Below are positions 11,235 to 21,946 of a stretch of DNA of 64,000 nt, in pieces. The first letter of the stretch is position 1. The number at the start of each line of letters is the position of its first letter. The stretch is taken from contig JAHDYR010000005.1 of assembly GCA_019828565.1 (NCBI GenBank), positions 335,200 through 399,199 of the forward strand, written 5' to 3'. The notes under the pieces are model-generated. The model worked only from the letters and a program-made list of their open reading frames with translations. It was not told the DNA's origin and did not search any database. The stretch comes from Carpediemonas membranifera BICM. Its lineage: Eukaryota; Protista; Fornicata. The position numbers and the translations under genes are program-made.

Positions 11235-13067
11235 ATGAACGCGAGATGGAACACATGGCGCCGCTTCGGCGCAGCAGAGAGAGTAGTCACCTGGCTGAGG
11301 GAAGGAGTCCCCATAGAGCTCACAGCGCGGCCGCCACCACCGGCCCCACAACGGCGCTTAGAGCCGCGACTCCTCCCGAAAATCAGACAGATGGTCCGGC
11401 AGGGCGTCATCGCTCCGACCCCCATGAGACGCCTGTCACACAGCGCAACCTTGTTCTCGGTTCCCAAGGGGGACGACATACGGCCGTGTCACGACCTGCG
11501 TCAACTCAACAGAGTAACGAGAGAGCGCCGCTCATTCCGCCTCTTCGGCTTGAAGAGAGCGATCAACATCCTCTCCAAACAGGATTGGATGGTGAGCGTG
11601 GACCTTACGGCGGGGTACAACCAGGTCGAGGTGAGAGAGGAGGACAGACGCCTGCTAGGAGTGGTGCTGCCGGACGGGTCAGCATTCCAGTACAATCGTC
11701 TGGGGTTTGGCTGGAGAGCAGCGCCATACTTTTTTCAGGCAATAACGTCGCAGCTGGCCAAGATCGTAGCGATGAGGTTCAAGATCAAGATCCTGGTCTA
11801 CCTGGACGACTTCCTACTGGCCCATCACAACAGAGACGAACTGCTCCGCATGATACCGGAGATACAGAAGGTCTTCGCTGCCCTGGGAGCAACAGTCAAC
11901 GAGAGGAAGACCGATTGGATCCCACGACAGGTTCTCACCTATCTGGGCATCACCCTCAACACCACCGCAATGACTGTGAGACTCCCAAAGGACAAGGCCC
12001 AGAAATACGCAGCCTTCTTGAGCGATGCGACGCGCTCCTCCTCCAAGCCCAACGACGAGGAGACGTGGGCCAAGGTGCTCGGGCAACTCTCCTTCTTCGC
12101 GGCGACCGCTCATGGCTGGAGTCTCAAGCTACGCTACCTACAACAGGGGAGCCTGGACCAGCTCCGGCAGAACAACAGCCTAATCAAAGAGTGGCTGGAG
12201 GTCCTCCGAACCAGGCCCCGCAGATCGTTCGCGGAGATGCGGGCCCTCTGGGGAGCTTCACCCAGTATAGACCTGGCAATCGCGACAGACGCCTCGCAAC
12301 GAGGGTGGGGAGCGGTGTGGTTCCAGGACGAGGAAGGCCACACGCGCGACAAGGGAACCTTCCCGGATCACCTTCAAGAGGCTCACATCAACGTCAAGGA
12401 GCTTTACGCGGTGGTGGAGGGTGTTCGCCTTATCAACTCCTCCAAGCAGCGAGAATTAAGGGTATACACCGACAACACGGCAACGCGGGCGTGGGTGAAC
12501 AAGGCTGGCTCCACGCGGGCACCCCGTCAGGCACTCGCCCTCCTTAATGAGCTGCAGGTGCTGGCAGACCACAAGAACCTAGTGGTCCACGCAGTCCATA
12601 CCCCGGGCAAGGCCAACGTGATAGCAGACAGCCTATCGAGGCAGGAGATTCAGCCGGACGTAACCTTCACTCCCCCGCACATCATAGAGCAGATCACCCT
12701 TTCATGGGGCCCTGTACAACACCTCTGGGAGGCCTCCGACATGGAACACCAGTGGGTCGGCCGGGTCCTTTTGGTCCCGACTACGTCTATACTTGGTCTC
12801 CTAACGCGCAAGCTGAATGCGACTCAGACAGCGACTCGGACTTCATCCCATCCGAGGGCGATGACTTCAGCGATATTCCTCCTCATACCGAACCTGCAGT
12901 CCCCGGAAGTACGAGTGCTCCGGTCCTGGGCGAGCCACACACTCCCGTTCTCAGTGCCACTGAACCAGCTAGAACCAAGGAGGGAGGAGCTCTCCTGGAT
13001 GGTACGACAGGACACTGTCAGACTGCTGGCCCTCTGTCTCCCGACGACACTCACGCATACCTCCTAG
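11235..13067 (+). CDS. Element C RT-RNaseH-reduced MT
   Basis: YLDD; TDASQRGWG, HINVKEL, TDN, NVIADSLSR. Confidence 0.93.
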   Translation: MNARWNTWRRFGAAERVVTWLREGVPIELTARPPPPAPQRRLEPRLLPKIRQMVRQGVIAPTPMRRLSHSATLFSVPKGDDIRPCHDLRQLNRVTRERRSFRLFGLKRAINILSKQDWMVSVDLTAGYNQVEVREEDRRLLGVVLPDGSAFQYNRLGFGWRAAPYFFQAITSQLAKIVAMRFKIKILVYLDDFLLAHHNRDELLRMIPEIQKVFAALGATVNERKTDWIPRQVLTYLGITLNTTAMTVRLPKDKAQKYAAFLSDATRSSSKPNDEETWAKVLGQLSFFAATAHGWSLKLRYLQQGSLDQLRQNNSLIKEWLEVLRTRPRRSFAEMRALWGASPSIDLAIATDASQRGWGAVWFQDEEGHTRDKGTFPDHLQEAHINVKELYAVVEGVRLINSSKQRELRVYTDNTATRAWVNKAGSTRAPRQALALLNELQVLADHKNLVVHAVHTPGKANVIADSLSRQEIQPDVTFTPPHIIEQITLSWGPVQHLWEASDMEHQWVGRVLLVPTTSILGLLTRKLNATQTATRTSSHPRAMTSAIFLLIPNLQSPEVRVLRSWASHTLPFSVPLNQLEPRREELSWMVRQDTVRLLALCLPTTLTHTS

Positions 13068-13918
13068 CCTCCAACCGCCTGGCCCACTTGCAACCATCAG
13101 GGGCCGCTACGGCAGCGGGGTGGGTAGCAAGGTTCCTTAGGGAGCGGGATGAGTCACAATCGCCAGCCTCCCAGTTACGTTCCTTCCTCCAGTCGGAGGC
13201 AGAACACTGTGGCCCAGAGAACGTCTCGAGAAAGGGGTTCTACATAGCGGAGCTCGCTCCGATGGTCTCTACGTGGGTACGCCCGGCAGAAATCATGCGA
13301 GTGGTCCGTGGAGTGGCCAAGACGGCCTCCACGGCGGGTCTGACCGGTGGCTCAAGGGCAATCTCCAAGCCAGAGATGCGCTACCTCATCAGTATCCGGC
13401 TCAGAGACGCCGCGTCGTTCCAGCTAGCACTGTTCGGCACACTGGCCTACCTCACAGTCTCTCGAGGCAGAGAGATCTTCGACCTAAGAGTCAAGGATGT
13501 CACCTTTCAGCCAGACAAGTCGGTCTTGCTGTTCTTCGCACACACAAAGACGGATAGGGCCGTTCGGAAAGCCGTAGCTTACGTAACCATCGATGGATTT
13601 AACCCGGCGCGGGCCTTGCATTCCTGGATAGTCGGCCTCGGCCTCAAGCCCGAACATCGGCTGTGGCGTAGGGTGAAGAGCACGAGCTCCCTAATCGTCA
13701 AGAGAGACGCTTCAATTGACTACTTAAGACAACAGACACAGAACATATTCGGCCCGAAGACAGGGCTACACTCCTTCCGGAAGGGTGGGACTTCCGAGCT
13801 GGCGTTGGGTGGAACGCCGCTCGAGGCGCTGCTTGCACTTGGTACCTGGAGGAGAGTGGAATCGATGAGAGCCTATATTGGCATAGCCATCAGGACCAAC
13901 ACCGGATTCGCGGGGTAG
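12704..13918 (+). CDS. Element C tyrosine recombinase
   Basis: SRGREI, HSFRKG, LGTW...RAY. Confidence 0.93.
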   Translation: MGPCTTPLGGLRHGTPVGRPGPFGPDYVYTWSPNAQAECDSDSDSDFIPSEGDDFSDIPPHTEPAVPGSTSAPVLGEPHTPVLSATEPARTKEGGALLDGTTGHCQTAGPLSPDDTHAYLLASNRLAHLQPSGAATAAGWVARFLRERDESQSPASQLRSFLQSEAEHCGPENVSRKGFYIAELAPMVSTWVRPAEIMRVVRGVAKTASTAGLTGGSRAISKPEMRYLISIRLRDAASFQLALFGTLAYLTVSRGREIFDLRVKDVTFQPDKSVLLFFAHTKTDRAVRKAVAYVTIDGFNPARALHSWIVGLGLKPEHRLWRRVKSTSSLIVKRDASIDYLRQQTQNIFGPKTGLHSFRKGGTSELALGGTPLEALLALGTWRRVESMRAYIGIAIRTNTGFAG

Positions 13919-14498
13919 TTGACGAAGAGCCTCCTCCGCCAGTAAACATCTTGCGTTCCAGCAAGCACCTCCGAGGCGGTAATGGATTCCGCTGGGGGTA
14001 TGCCTGCCCGAGGTCAGACAGGACGTGACTGGGCAGAGAGCACCTATTACGGCAGTTGCGGTATAACCGTTTGGAATGATTGTGTTATCTAGCCAGCGGG
14101 GACCACATTGGTCTTCCAGTGCCACCTAGGCGTGGCGAGTAGATTGGATTTGATATGGTCAGGGGATTCGGAATTTAGATCTCAGACAAATCAGGACTAT
14201 TGCAGAGTAGAGAGAATGAGTGATCCGCAGGCAGATGCAGACATTAACTTACATGGAACCGAAGTTGAAAGCGCCGGAAGAACCCGGTTCAGCCCCTCAG
14301 GCTGTTAAGATGAACCGAAATAAACATCTTACCCCCCCTTTGGATTAAGAACACATGTTAGTTGGCCATGAAATATGGCAAGCCGTGGACCACATGGGTC
14401 ACAGTTGACACCCGGGAGTGTCGGGTCGTGCTGCCTGATCCGATTCGATGGGCGCGCAAATTTCAAGGATCGTCTCGATCCTCTTCAGAAGAACGAGA

Positions 14499-15041
14499 AT
14501 GGCTGATCCGGCCGAAGAAAACGAGCCGGTCACCCAGAAGGACCTCCAAGAACTGAGAGAAGTTGTAGAACGCGCTCTTCAGGCCAGAAGTGCTGAAGAA
14601 CTGCATAACCCCGATGATATCGCCCTCAACGTAGAGGATAACGATGATCAGCAGCTTCAGGACCAAGAAAGCATCGAAGACGAACAGCAGGACGCTGTTG
14701 ACGACATCTTTGATCCCTTTGAGGCTCTTGTGAACCTTCCTAACCGGTTCGGCCTTCGAGATGAGGCTAAGTGGCTTTACGCCATGGAACGTGATCTCAT
14801 CGCTGGCCGCCTTGCAACCATTCCTGCTCTGAGGGTCAATATCTACGGACGCCAGCAACTCCTCCTCCTCAAGGACAGTTGGGACGACGCAACCTCCGAG
14901 CGCTGCTCCAACCTCTTCAAGTCCGCTCCCCCCCGCACTCGGGCCGCCGTCGACATCTTGGTGGCTAAGGCTAAGATCAAGGGCATCAAGAAGCGTGACA
15001 ATTTTCGCGAAAGGGGGGGCAGAAGGACTCACCGCAATTAG
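14499..15041 (+). CDS. Element D gag-like ORF
   Basis: NLPNRFGLRDEAKWLY; position before RT. Confidence 0.85.
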   Translation: MADPAEENEPVTQKDLQELREVVERALQARSAEELHNPDDIALNVEDNDDQQLQDQESIEDEQQDAVDDIFDPFEALVNLPNRFGLRDEAKWLYAMERDLIAGRLATIPALRVNIYGRQQLLLLKDSWDDATSERCSNLFKSAPPRTRAAVDILVAKAKIKGIKKRDNFRERGGRRTHRN

Positions 15042-17721
15042 CTACCAAGCTCCCATCGATGAACGCGCGATGGTTCGTTTGGAAAAGGTTCGGTGCGTCC
15101 CTAGAAGTCTGCAATCTCTTACGCGAGGGCGTTCCCATACAGCTCAAACGCCTGCCCTCACCCCCATCACCTCAGGCCAGCATCGACCGCAAGATCCTGG
15201 ACAAGCTCAAGGACCAGCTCGCCTCGGGGGCTCTCATCAAGTCATCCATGCGCAAGCTCCGTCACAGCGCCCCTCTCTTCTCTGTAGCCAAGGGCGAGAC
15301 CGATATCCGTGTCATCCACGACTTGCGGCGCCTCAACGCCATCACCAAGGAGCGTCGGGTCTTTCGCTTATTCGGCGTACGACGAGCGGTGGGCCTTCTC
15401 GCTCAGGGCGACTATATGGCAAAGATAGACCTCTCGGACGGCTATCATCAGCTAGGCGTGAAGCCCCAAGACGCTCCGCTCTTGGGAGTGGTTCTTCCCA
15501 ACGGCCAGGCTTATCACTATACAGGCCTGTCGTTCGGGTGGACAGCGGCTCCATATTTCTTCCAGCTGGTGATGGTACAAGCCGCGAGGATCCTAGCGTT
15601 GCGCTTCAAGGCCAAGGTGAGTGTGTATCTAGACGACTTCCTGCTGGCCCATGCAGATCAAGCCTACCTCCGATCGATAGGGCCAGAGGTGCTCAGGACC
15701 CTTCAGCTTCTCGGCATCATCGTGAACGTCCGAAAGAGCGAGCTCGAGCCCGTCCAGCTCATCCAGTACCTGGGAGTTCTGCTCGACACACGCTCCATGA
15801 CCATCAGCCTTCCCAAGGACAAAGCAGAGAAGTACCGCAACACCATCAGGGCCGCTTTATCCTCCAACAAGATCACGGCACAGGACTGGGCGTCAGTGAT
15901 AGGCCGCCTGGGCTTCTTCGCCTACACGTCGAGGCTCGTCCACAAGCTGCGTCGGCTACAAGCACTCCGTCCATCATCCGAGCTAGTCCTTCAACCGGCA
16001 GACAGAGCCGAGCTCGAACAGTGGGAAGCCCTCTTACTCTCATGCCCAACAAGACCGTTCGCAGATCTCTTTCCCTCGTGGGATCTCGACCTGTGCGTGA
16101 CCTCGGATGCCTCGGACGAGGGCTGGGGAGCAGTCATCTTCAACCCCGGCACAAGCGACTCTTCCATTCAGGGCACATTCCCAGCCAACATTGCGACGGA
16201 GTCCATCAACGTTCGAGAGCTGTATGCCGTGGTCCGTGCCGTCGAATCCCTTCCAAGCTTCAAGGAGCGCAGGGTGCTCACCGTCTTCACGGACAACTCC
16301 ACAGCCCAGGCTTGGGTCAACCGTCAGGGCTCTACGCACGCGCCCCAAGCTGCGATGGATCTTGTGCAGGAGCTTCACACTCTGCTCGCAAGCCGCAACC
16401 TTATCATCAAGGCCGAGTTCACGCCGGGTCGAGCCAACATCCACGCAGACCGGCTGTCTCGCAACATAGAGGTGCCTCCGACACTGACAGAGCAGCTCCT
16501 AGCTCTGTGGGGGCCGGCCAACACCATCTGGGAGGGCGACGGCCCGAAGGTCTGGCGCGGTCGTCGAGTTCTGGTGGTGAATACAGCAGTGACGAGAGCA
16601 GTGACGAGTCTATGTCTCAAGGCTACAGCTCCGACAGCACCTACGTCCCATCCGAGGACCTGGACCTCGTCGATATTCCTCCTCGTGAAAGACACTATGT
16701 CGCCAGAGTTGCGCCTCCTCAAGCAGGCAGCTCGCCTGAAGCGCTACTTCTCGACCACCGAGCCCCAGAGCGGCATGAAGTCGAGGTACATCGGTCTGGC
16801 CCTTCCAACCTGTTCGAAGGAATCAGACTATCTGATCAACTCTCGCACCTCGAGGAGCAAGGAAGGCGAGCGGTCGCCGGCTGGGTTACCAAGTTCATCG
16901 AGAGTAGAGATCCGAAGCTGTCCCACGCAGCCCAGTTCAGGGCATTCCTGCTCAAAGAGGGAAGGAACTCAGGGCCGGACTCGGTCGGCCGCAAGGCTTA
17001 CTGGGTCATCCAAGCAGCCCCGCGATGGTCTAGCTGGAGAGTTCCTCTCGACGCGCAGGCGATCCAGAAAGAAGCCCGCAAGAGAGCTACCCTGAAGGGT
17101 CTCACCGGAGGGTCACGCCCAGTCTACAGGATCGAGATGAGCGACGCCATCGCGAACCGCAACAGTTCTATCAGGGCATACCAGGCAACCCTGTTTGCGT
17201 CCATGTGCTACTTGACGGTCAGTCGAGGAAGGGAGATCTTCACGCTAACGCCCGGGCGCATCACCTTCGAGCCTAACGGTGACGCCACGCTCGGCATCCC
17301 TCGTACCAAGACCATGATAGGGGTGGCTAAGAGACTCCCTAACGTCTGGATCCAGGGTTTTAACCCAGCTAAGGCTTTACAGCGCTGGCTGACTGGCCTA
17401 TCTCTTCCGGACGATGCCTGCATGTGGCGGGAGGTGACTCCCCGCAATACGCTCAGTCGTCGCAACCCACGGTCAGCTAGGGGTTTGCTGCAGGACGTGA
17501 AGCGCTTATTCGGCCCAAGGTCGGGCTGGCATTCGTTCCGCAAGGGTGCCGCCTCGGAGCTTGCCCTATGTGGCACGCCTCTGGAGGCTCTGCTCGCCAT
17601 GGGTACCTGGCGGGAGGTTCGTAGTTTGCGCTCTTACATCGGACAGGCTATGCGCAACGAGCCTCTCTTCGTCCGCGAAGCGACAAGGAGTCTGCTGCGG
17701 CCTAGCGCGAAGCGTCTTTAA
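14995..17721 (+). CDS. Element D YR ORF with long N-terminal frame overlapping all of RT
   Basis: 908 codons open; C-terminal SRGREI, HSFRKG, GTW...RSY; true start unknown. Confidence 0.88.
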   Translation: MTIFAKGGAEGLTAISYQAPIDERAMVRLEKVRCVPRSLQSLTRGRSHTAQTPALTPITSGQHRPQDPGQAQGPARLGGSHQVIHAQAPSQRPSLLCSQGRDRYPCHPRLAAPQRHHQGASGLSLIRRTTSGGPSRSGRLYGKDRPLGRLSSARREAPRRSALGSGSSQRPGLSLYRPVVRVDSGSIFLPAGDGTSREDPSVALQGQGECVSRRLPAGPCRSSLPPIDRARGAQDPSASRHHRERPKERARARPAHPVPGSSARHTLHDHQPSQGQSREVPQHHQGRFILQQDHGTGLGVSDRPPGLLRLHVEARPQAASATSTPSIIRASPSTGRQSRARTVGSPLTLMPNKTVRRSLSLVGSRPVRDLGCLGRGLGSSHLQPRHKRLFHSGHIPSQHCDGVHQRSRAVCRGPCRRIPSKLQGAQGAHRLHGQLHSPGLGQPSGLYARAPSCDGSCAGASHSARKPQPYHQGRVHAGSSQHPRRPAVSQHRGASDTDRAAPSSVGAGQHHLGGRRPEGLARSSSSGGEYSSDESSDESMSQGYSSDSTYVPSEDLDLVDIPPRERHYVARVAPPQAGSSPEALLLDHRAPERHEVEVHRSGPSNLFEGIRLSDQLSHLEEQGRRAVAGWVTKFIESRDPKLSHAAQFRAFLLKEGRNSGPDSVGRKAYWVIQAAPRWSSWRVPLDAQAIQKEARKRATLKGLTGGSRPVYRIEMSDAIANRNSSIRAYQATLFASMCYLTVSRGREIFTLTPGRITFEPNGDATLGIPRTKTMIGVAKRLPNVWIQGFNPAKALQRWLTGLSLPDDACMWREVTPRNTLSRRNPRSARGLLQDVKRLFGPRSGWHSFRKGAASELALCGTPLEALLAMGTWREVRSLRSYIGQAMRNEPLFVREATRSLLRPSAKRL
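15059..17095 (+). CDS. Element D RT-RNaseH-reduced MT
   Basis: YLDD; SDASDEGWG, INVREL, TDN, NIHADRLSR. Confidence 0.93.
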   Translation: MNARWFVWKRFGASLEVCNLLREGVPIQLKRLPSPPSPQASIDRKILDKLKDQLASGALIKSSMRKLRHSAPLFSVAKGETDIRVIHDLRRLNAITKERRVFRLFGVRRAVGLLAQGDYMAKIDLSDGYHQLGVKPQDAPLLGVVLPNGQAYHYTGLSFGWTAAPYFFQLVMVQAARILALRFKAKVSVYLDDFLLAHADQAYLRSIGPEVLRTLQLLGIIVNVRKSELEPVQLIQYLGVLLDTRSMTISLPKDKAEKYRNTIRAALSSNKITAQDWASVIGRLGFFAYTSRLVHKLRRLQALRPSSELVLQPADRAELEQWEALLLSCPTRPFADLFPSWDLDLCVTSDASDEGWGAVIFNPGTSDSSIQGTFPANIATESINVRELYAVVRAVESLPSFKERRVLTVFTDNSTAQAWVNRQGSTHAPQAAMDLVQELHTLLASRNLIIKAEFTPGRANIHADRLSRNIEVPPTLTEQLLALWGPANTIWEGDGPKVWRGRRVLVVNTAVTRAVTSLCLKATAPTAPTSHPRTWTSSIFLLVKDTMSPELRLLKQAARLKRYFSTTEPQSGMKSRYIGLALPTCSKESDYLINSRTSRSKEGERSPAGLPSSSRVEIRSCPTQPSSGHSCSKREGTQGRTRSAARLTGSSKQPRDGLAGEFLSTRRRSRKKPARELP

Positions 17722-18011
17722 CGCTGCGCTCCTAATCATTCCAAACAATCTTTAAACGCGTTCGTCGAAGCGAAATGGTTTCGCTGGCGCCTTGATCCGC
17801 TCCCGCTATAACAATGCGAGGTTATTGTAGTGTGAGAGTAGCGGTAGTAGTGTGTCCTCTGGGTGAGTGGTTCCCTCTGGGTTGGTGATTATATGTTAGT
17901 TGGCCATGTTATATGGCTGGCTATCTCGCCTCCTGTCACAGGACCATCACTGGCACCTGCGCGCGCCGATCAATGTGCACTTTAGGTCACACTTCGAAAC
18001 GCATCGGCAGG

Positions 18012-18494
18012 ATGTCTGATAACGAAGACCTGCCGCCGCAAGACAGTCCCGATGAGCTTAACAAGCGTATCGAGAAGCTGGAGCGCTTGGTTAAGATACA
18101 ATCGGAAGCAATTTTGGAGCAGCAAGCAGAAGCAGCTCGCCGTCCACTGTTCCTGGAGATGCCAAAGAGGTTCGGCCTCGAAGATGAGGCCAGATTCGTA
18201 TACAAGACCATGAATAGGATCGAGAACGGCGCAAAGATGAAGGAGATCGGGAACATTCTCTTTGCAAGAATCCAGTACCTTCTAATCAAGGACGTGTACA
18301 CTGACGCTACTGCAGAGCGGTTCGAGAACTATTGCAAGGCGAAGGGCGTGCCTGATCGCGACGAGGTCCTGGAACTGGCGGCCCGCGCCAAGTCTAAGGG
18401 CGATAAGCGCGACGCTAATTTTCGCCGCGGTGGCCGCGCTCAGGACCGAGGTCGCACTCAGACAGGATCCTCCGGCAAGAGAGCCCACACCTAA
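18012..18494 (+). CDS. Element E gag-like ORF
   Basis: ATG immediately after A1; homologous to B gag. Confidence 0.87.
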   Translation: MSDNEDLPPQDSPDELNKRIEKLERLVKIQSEAILEQQAEAARRPLFLEMPKRFGLEDEARFVYKTMNRIENGAKMKEIGNILFARIQYLLIKDVYTDATAERFENYCKAKGVPDRDEVLELAARAKSKGDKRDANFRRGGRAQDRGRTQTGSSGKRAHT

Positions 18495-18508
18495 CCCTCT
18501 TTCCATGC

Positions 18509-20304
18509 ATGAACGCGGCGTGGAGGGAGTGGCAGAGGTTGGGAGCATCACAACGGGTGATCAACTGGTTACGATACGGGGTCGAGATCCGTCTGAGAAG
18601 TCAACCACCAGCACCAAGGCAACAGCCGACAGTCGACCCATTCATTGTCCAGCAGATTCCTTCCTTGATAGAGACAGGCGTCATAGAGCAAGTGAATCCC
18701 TCTTCCCTGCGACACACCGCCTCGCTGTTTACTGTGCCGAAGGGCGAGTCGAAGAGGATCATTCACAACCTCACGATACTGAACGACTGCTCGGCAGAGC
18801 GCTCATCCTTCCGGCTCTACGGTCTGCGCAGAGCTCTCTCCCTTCTCCAGAGGGGCGACTGGATGGTCAAGTTCGACCTCAAGTCCGGGTACCATCAAGT
18901 ACCAGTACGGAAGGAGGACCGCAAGCTGCTAGGAGTCTATCTTCCAGACGGACGAGCGTTTCAGTACAGAGTGCTAGGCTTCGGCTGGCGCGCATCGCCG
19001 TTCGTGTTTCAGACGATCACCAACCAACTCGCCAAGATACTAGCCCTTCGGACGGGTCTTACCATCGTTGTCTACCTCGACGACTTCCTCTTATTTCACC
19101 GCGACCGAGAAATCCTGAGGAGGGTGGTGCCGCGCATCAGGCGGACTCTAGCCGACCTCTGTGTCCTCACCTCAGAGGAGAAGTCAGAATGGGCACCGAC
19201 TCAGTCATTGGTCTATCTGGGGCTCGTGATAGACTCCGCGAGTTTTACAATACGCCTCCCGGCGGACAAGGCCAAACGTTACTCCTCTCACATTCATCAG
19301 GCTCTGGCAGGCAAGACCATCGATCAGGAGACTTGGGCCAAGATCCTCGGGAGACTGACTTACTTCGCTACAACCGCCCACGGGGCTTTCCTCCGGCTGA
19401 GACACCTTCAACAGGACCCACTCTCCAAGGAGCTACTGCAAGAGTGGCTGCTACTGCTAAGAGAGCGCCCAGTCCGAGACATCAGAGAACTTCAGTCGCT
19501 TTGGGGCGCTCACCCCTCCTTAGACCTCGTCGTATCGACAGACGCATCTGGAGTCAAGTGGGGAGCAGCCGTGCACGGCGAGTATGGGACCTCAGCCTCG
19601 GGCACGTTCACTCCAGAACTAAGAGCAGAATCTATCAACGTGAAGGAGCTCGCGGGAATCCTACAGGGCATCCGTCTGATCGGCAGACAGAGTTCCCAAC
19701 GCGAGCTATCGATCTTCTCAGACAACACATCAGCTCTGGCCTGGCTCAACAAGGCGGGGTCTACGAAGGCTCCACCTCAGGCCCTGCACATTCTAGCCCA
19801 GATCCAGAAGGAGGCGGAGGACCGGAACCTGACACTCCGTGGACTACACACTCCGGGCATCATCAACCTGGCAGCAGATCGGCTGTCCAGAGGCTTCTCA
19901 CGACTCCCTTCCTCTCTGGAGTCCAGCATGGAATCTGTCCTCGCGGAGTGGGGTCCAGTCCAGACAGTCTCAGCGGACGTAGACGTAAGGCTTGGATGTC
20001 GCGTCCTCTGGGCCCCCACCCGTCTATGGCAGCCATAGTCCAGAAGATAGCGACAGCGAGAGTTCAGACTCAGACTGGACACCCGAGGTCTTGGACCTCA
20101 GCAGTCTTTCTCCTCTACCCAGAGGTTCAAGCGCCGGAGATGAGACTCCTCAAGAGTTGGACGTCCTGGAAACTCCGTCTCTCCGTCCCGGCTTCGAGCT
20201 CAGATCTGGCCCACCTACTTCACCTACAGGACAGAGGACGCCTACGGTTCAATGTGATGGCGTTCAGGACGTTTTCCACAGAGTCCTCAGGTCGGACAGA
20301 GTGA
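18509..20304 (+). CDS. Element E RT-RNaseH-MT, one 1-nt frameshift near 20015
   Basis: YLDD and RNase H motifs to 20038; HPRSWTSA tail continues in the adjacent frame. Confidence 0.9.
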
Positions 20305-21179
20305 TTCACCTTAATCACGCGTCTGCTCGGACGGTGGCCGGCTGGGTGGCCAGGTTCGAAGGCTCTCGCGATCGCAGCCTGTCGGATCGAGACCAGCTTG
20401 TAGCCTTCCTCAAGGACGAAGGCTCCTTCTGCGGGCCATCGAACGTGGCGAGGAAGGGCTACTGGATTGTTCAGCTACAGGAGTTCCTCAAAGACTGGCA
20501 TCCGCCCGCCAACTCCAAGTACATCGTTAAGCAGGCGGCTAAGGGCGCCAGCACGGCGGGAACTACCGGCGGCTCGCGCGCCATCACCAAGGCTGAGATG
20601 ATCGAGGCACTGGGGCGCCGGAGTGACGACTTTGAGTCATATCAGGCATGTCTCTTTGGGGCAGTCGCCTATCTGACGGTGTCCAGAGGCATCGAGATAC
20701 TCTCCCTATGCCCGGCCGACCTGGAGCTACTCAAGAACGGCGACATTCTCCTACACATTCAGCGGACCAAGACCATCCTAACGGGAGTTAAGAAGCGCGT
20801 ACCATACGTATGGCTATCAGCCGCCTTCAACCCGGCCTTGGCACTTAGACGCTGGGTCGAGGGCACACACTACCTGGCTGATGACACCCCCATCTGGCGA
20901 GTCATAGTCAACGGGCGCCTGAGCAGAGACAAACCGCTCACAGCCGCACACCTCCGACGAGTCGTGAAGGCGTTGTTCGGTCCACGGACGGGTCTCCACA
21001 GCTTCCGTAAGGGGGCAGCGTCGGAGATGGCTCTATCAGGAGTCCCGCTGGAGGTGATCCTCTCAATGGGCACATGGAAGGACGTCACCTCCCTCCGCAG
21101 CTATGTCGCTGACGCCATCAGAACAAACGAGGACCTCACCAGGAGGATGAACCTCAGCCTTCTCGGGCCCCACTTTTAA
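19992..21179 (+). CDS. Element E tyrosine recombinase
   Basis: SRGIEI, HSFRKG, GTW...RSY. Confidence 0.93.
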   Translation: MDVASSGPPPVYGSHSPEDSDSESSDSDWTPEVLDLSSLSPLPRGSSAGDETPQELDVLETPSLRPGFELRSGPPTSPTGQRTPTVQCDGVQDVFHRVLRSDRVIHLNHASARTVAGWVARFEGSRDRSLSDRDQLVAFLKDEGSFCGPSNVARKGYWIVQLQEFLKDWHPPANSKYIVKQAAKGASTAGTTGGSRAITKAEMIEALGRRSDDFESYQACLFGAVAYLTVSRGIEILSLCPADLELLKNGDILLHIQRTKTILTGVKKRVPYVWLSAAFNPALALRRWVEGTHYLADDTPIWRVIVNGRLSRDKPLTAAHLRRVVKALFGPRTGLHSFRKGAASEMALSGVPLEVILSMGTWKDVTSLRSYVADAIRTNEDLTRRMNLSLLGPHF

Positions 21180-21666
21180 CCACCCCCTCCATTAAACATC
21201 CGCGTTCGAGGGGGAACGGCCGAGGCGAGACGGACTCGCCGGCCTGGATTCATCATTAATTCTTAACTCTGGTCGAGGCGAGATAGACTCGCCGGCCCAA
21301 AGCTTTAGTCCCACAGGGACGTCTTGCGGGATTGTCCCATTTTGGTTGGATTTAAGAGGAGGGCTCTCTGTTATAGAGCCACACTTTGTGGATCCTGTCA
21401 CAGGACCATCACTGGCACCTGCGCGCGCCGATCAATGTGCACTTTAGGTCACACTTCGAAACGCATCGGCAGGTGTCGGAGCCGTTAGGACCTGACCGGA
21501 CCGCGAGACGAGGATTTACCCGGGTCTGTCATAAGAGCTCGGGGAAGCCACCCGAAGTAAATACTCGCCCCCCCATTTTGGTTGGATTTAAGAGGAGGGC
21601 TCTCTGTTATAGAGCCACACTTTGTGGAGCTCGCAACACAGTTGGTCGCTACTTGGCAGTAAAGTT

Positions 21667-21739
21667 TGCTGCTTGCCGGGTTCGAACCAGCGACCTTATG
21701 ATCTTCAGTCATACGCTCTCCCAACTGAGCTAAAGCAGC
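21667..21739 (-). tRNA. tRNA-Phe(GAA)
   Basis: 73-nt cloverleaf GCTGCTT TA GCTC AGTTGGGA GAGC G TATGA CTGAAGA TCATA AGGTC GCTGG TTCGAAC CCGGC AAGCAGC A; no encoded CCA. Confidence 0.97.
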
Positions 21740-21946
21740 ATGCATATCATCGATATGTAAGCTATCACGCCTCGGGCGTGGCTCACGCCCTGACACTGCT
21801 GGGTCAGGGTGTGTCAGAACAGGATTCCGGGGACACGAGAAAGATGGCCAAAATATTTAGAAAATCTCGAAAGATATGATTGTGGATACGGTCTTGATCC
21901 GTCCCGATCGCGAGCAGATCGTATCCCTCCAGCAGAAACCGTGAGG

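Larger units (their letters stand above)
17931..21628 (+). mobile_element. Complete PAT-like YR retrotransposon E with split direct repeats
   Basis: A1 17931-18011 = A2 21393-21473 (81 bp); B1 21336-21392 = B2 21572-21628 (57 bp); order A1-ORFs-B1A2-B2. Confidence 0.95.

Noticed and set aside
5055-17930. Exact termini for elements A-D
   Set aside because: Only short or diverged matches (e.g. ATGTTAGTTGGCCATG at ~14355 and ~17893); no pairable A/B repeats or ITRs found by eye
21667-21739. Functional link between tRNA-Phe and the UUU slippery site
   Set aside because: tRNA acts in trans, and the adjacent element F lacks the motif; treated as coincidence
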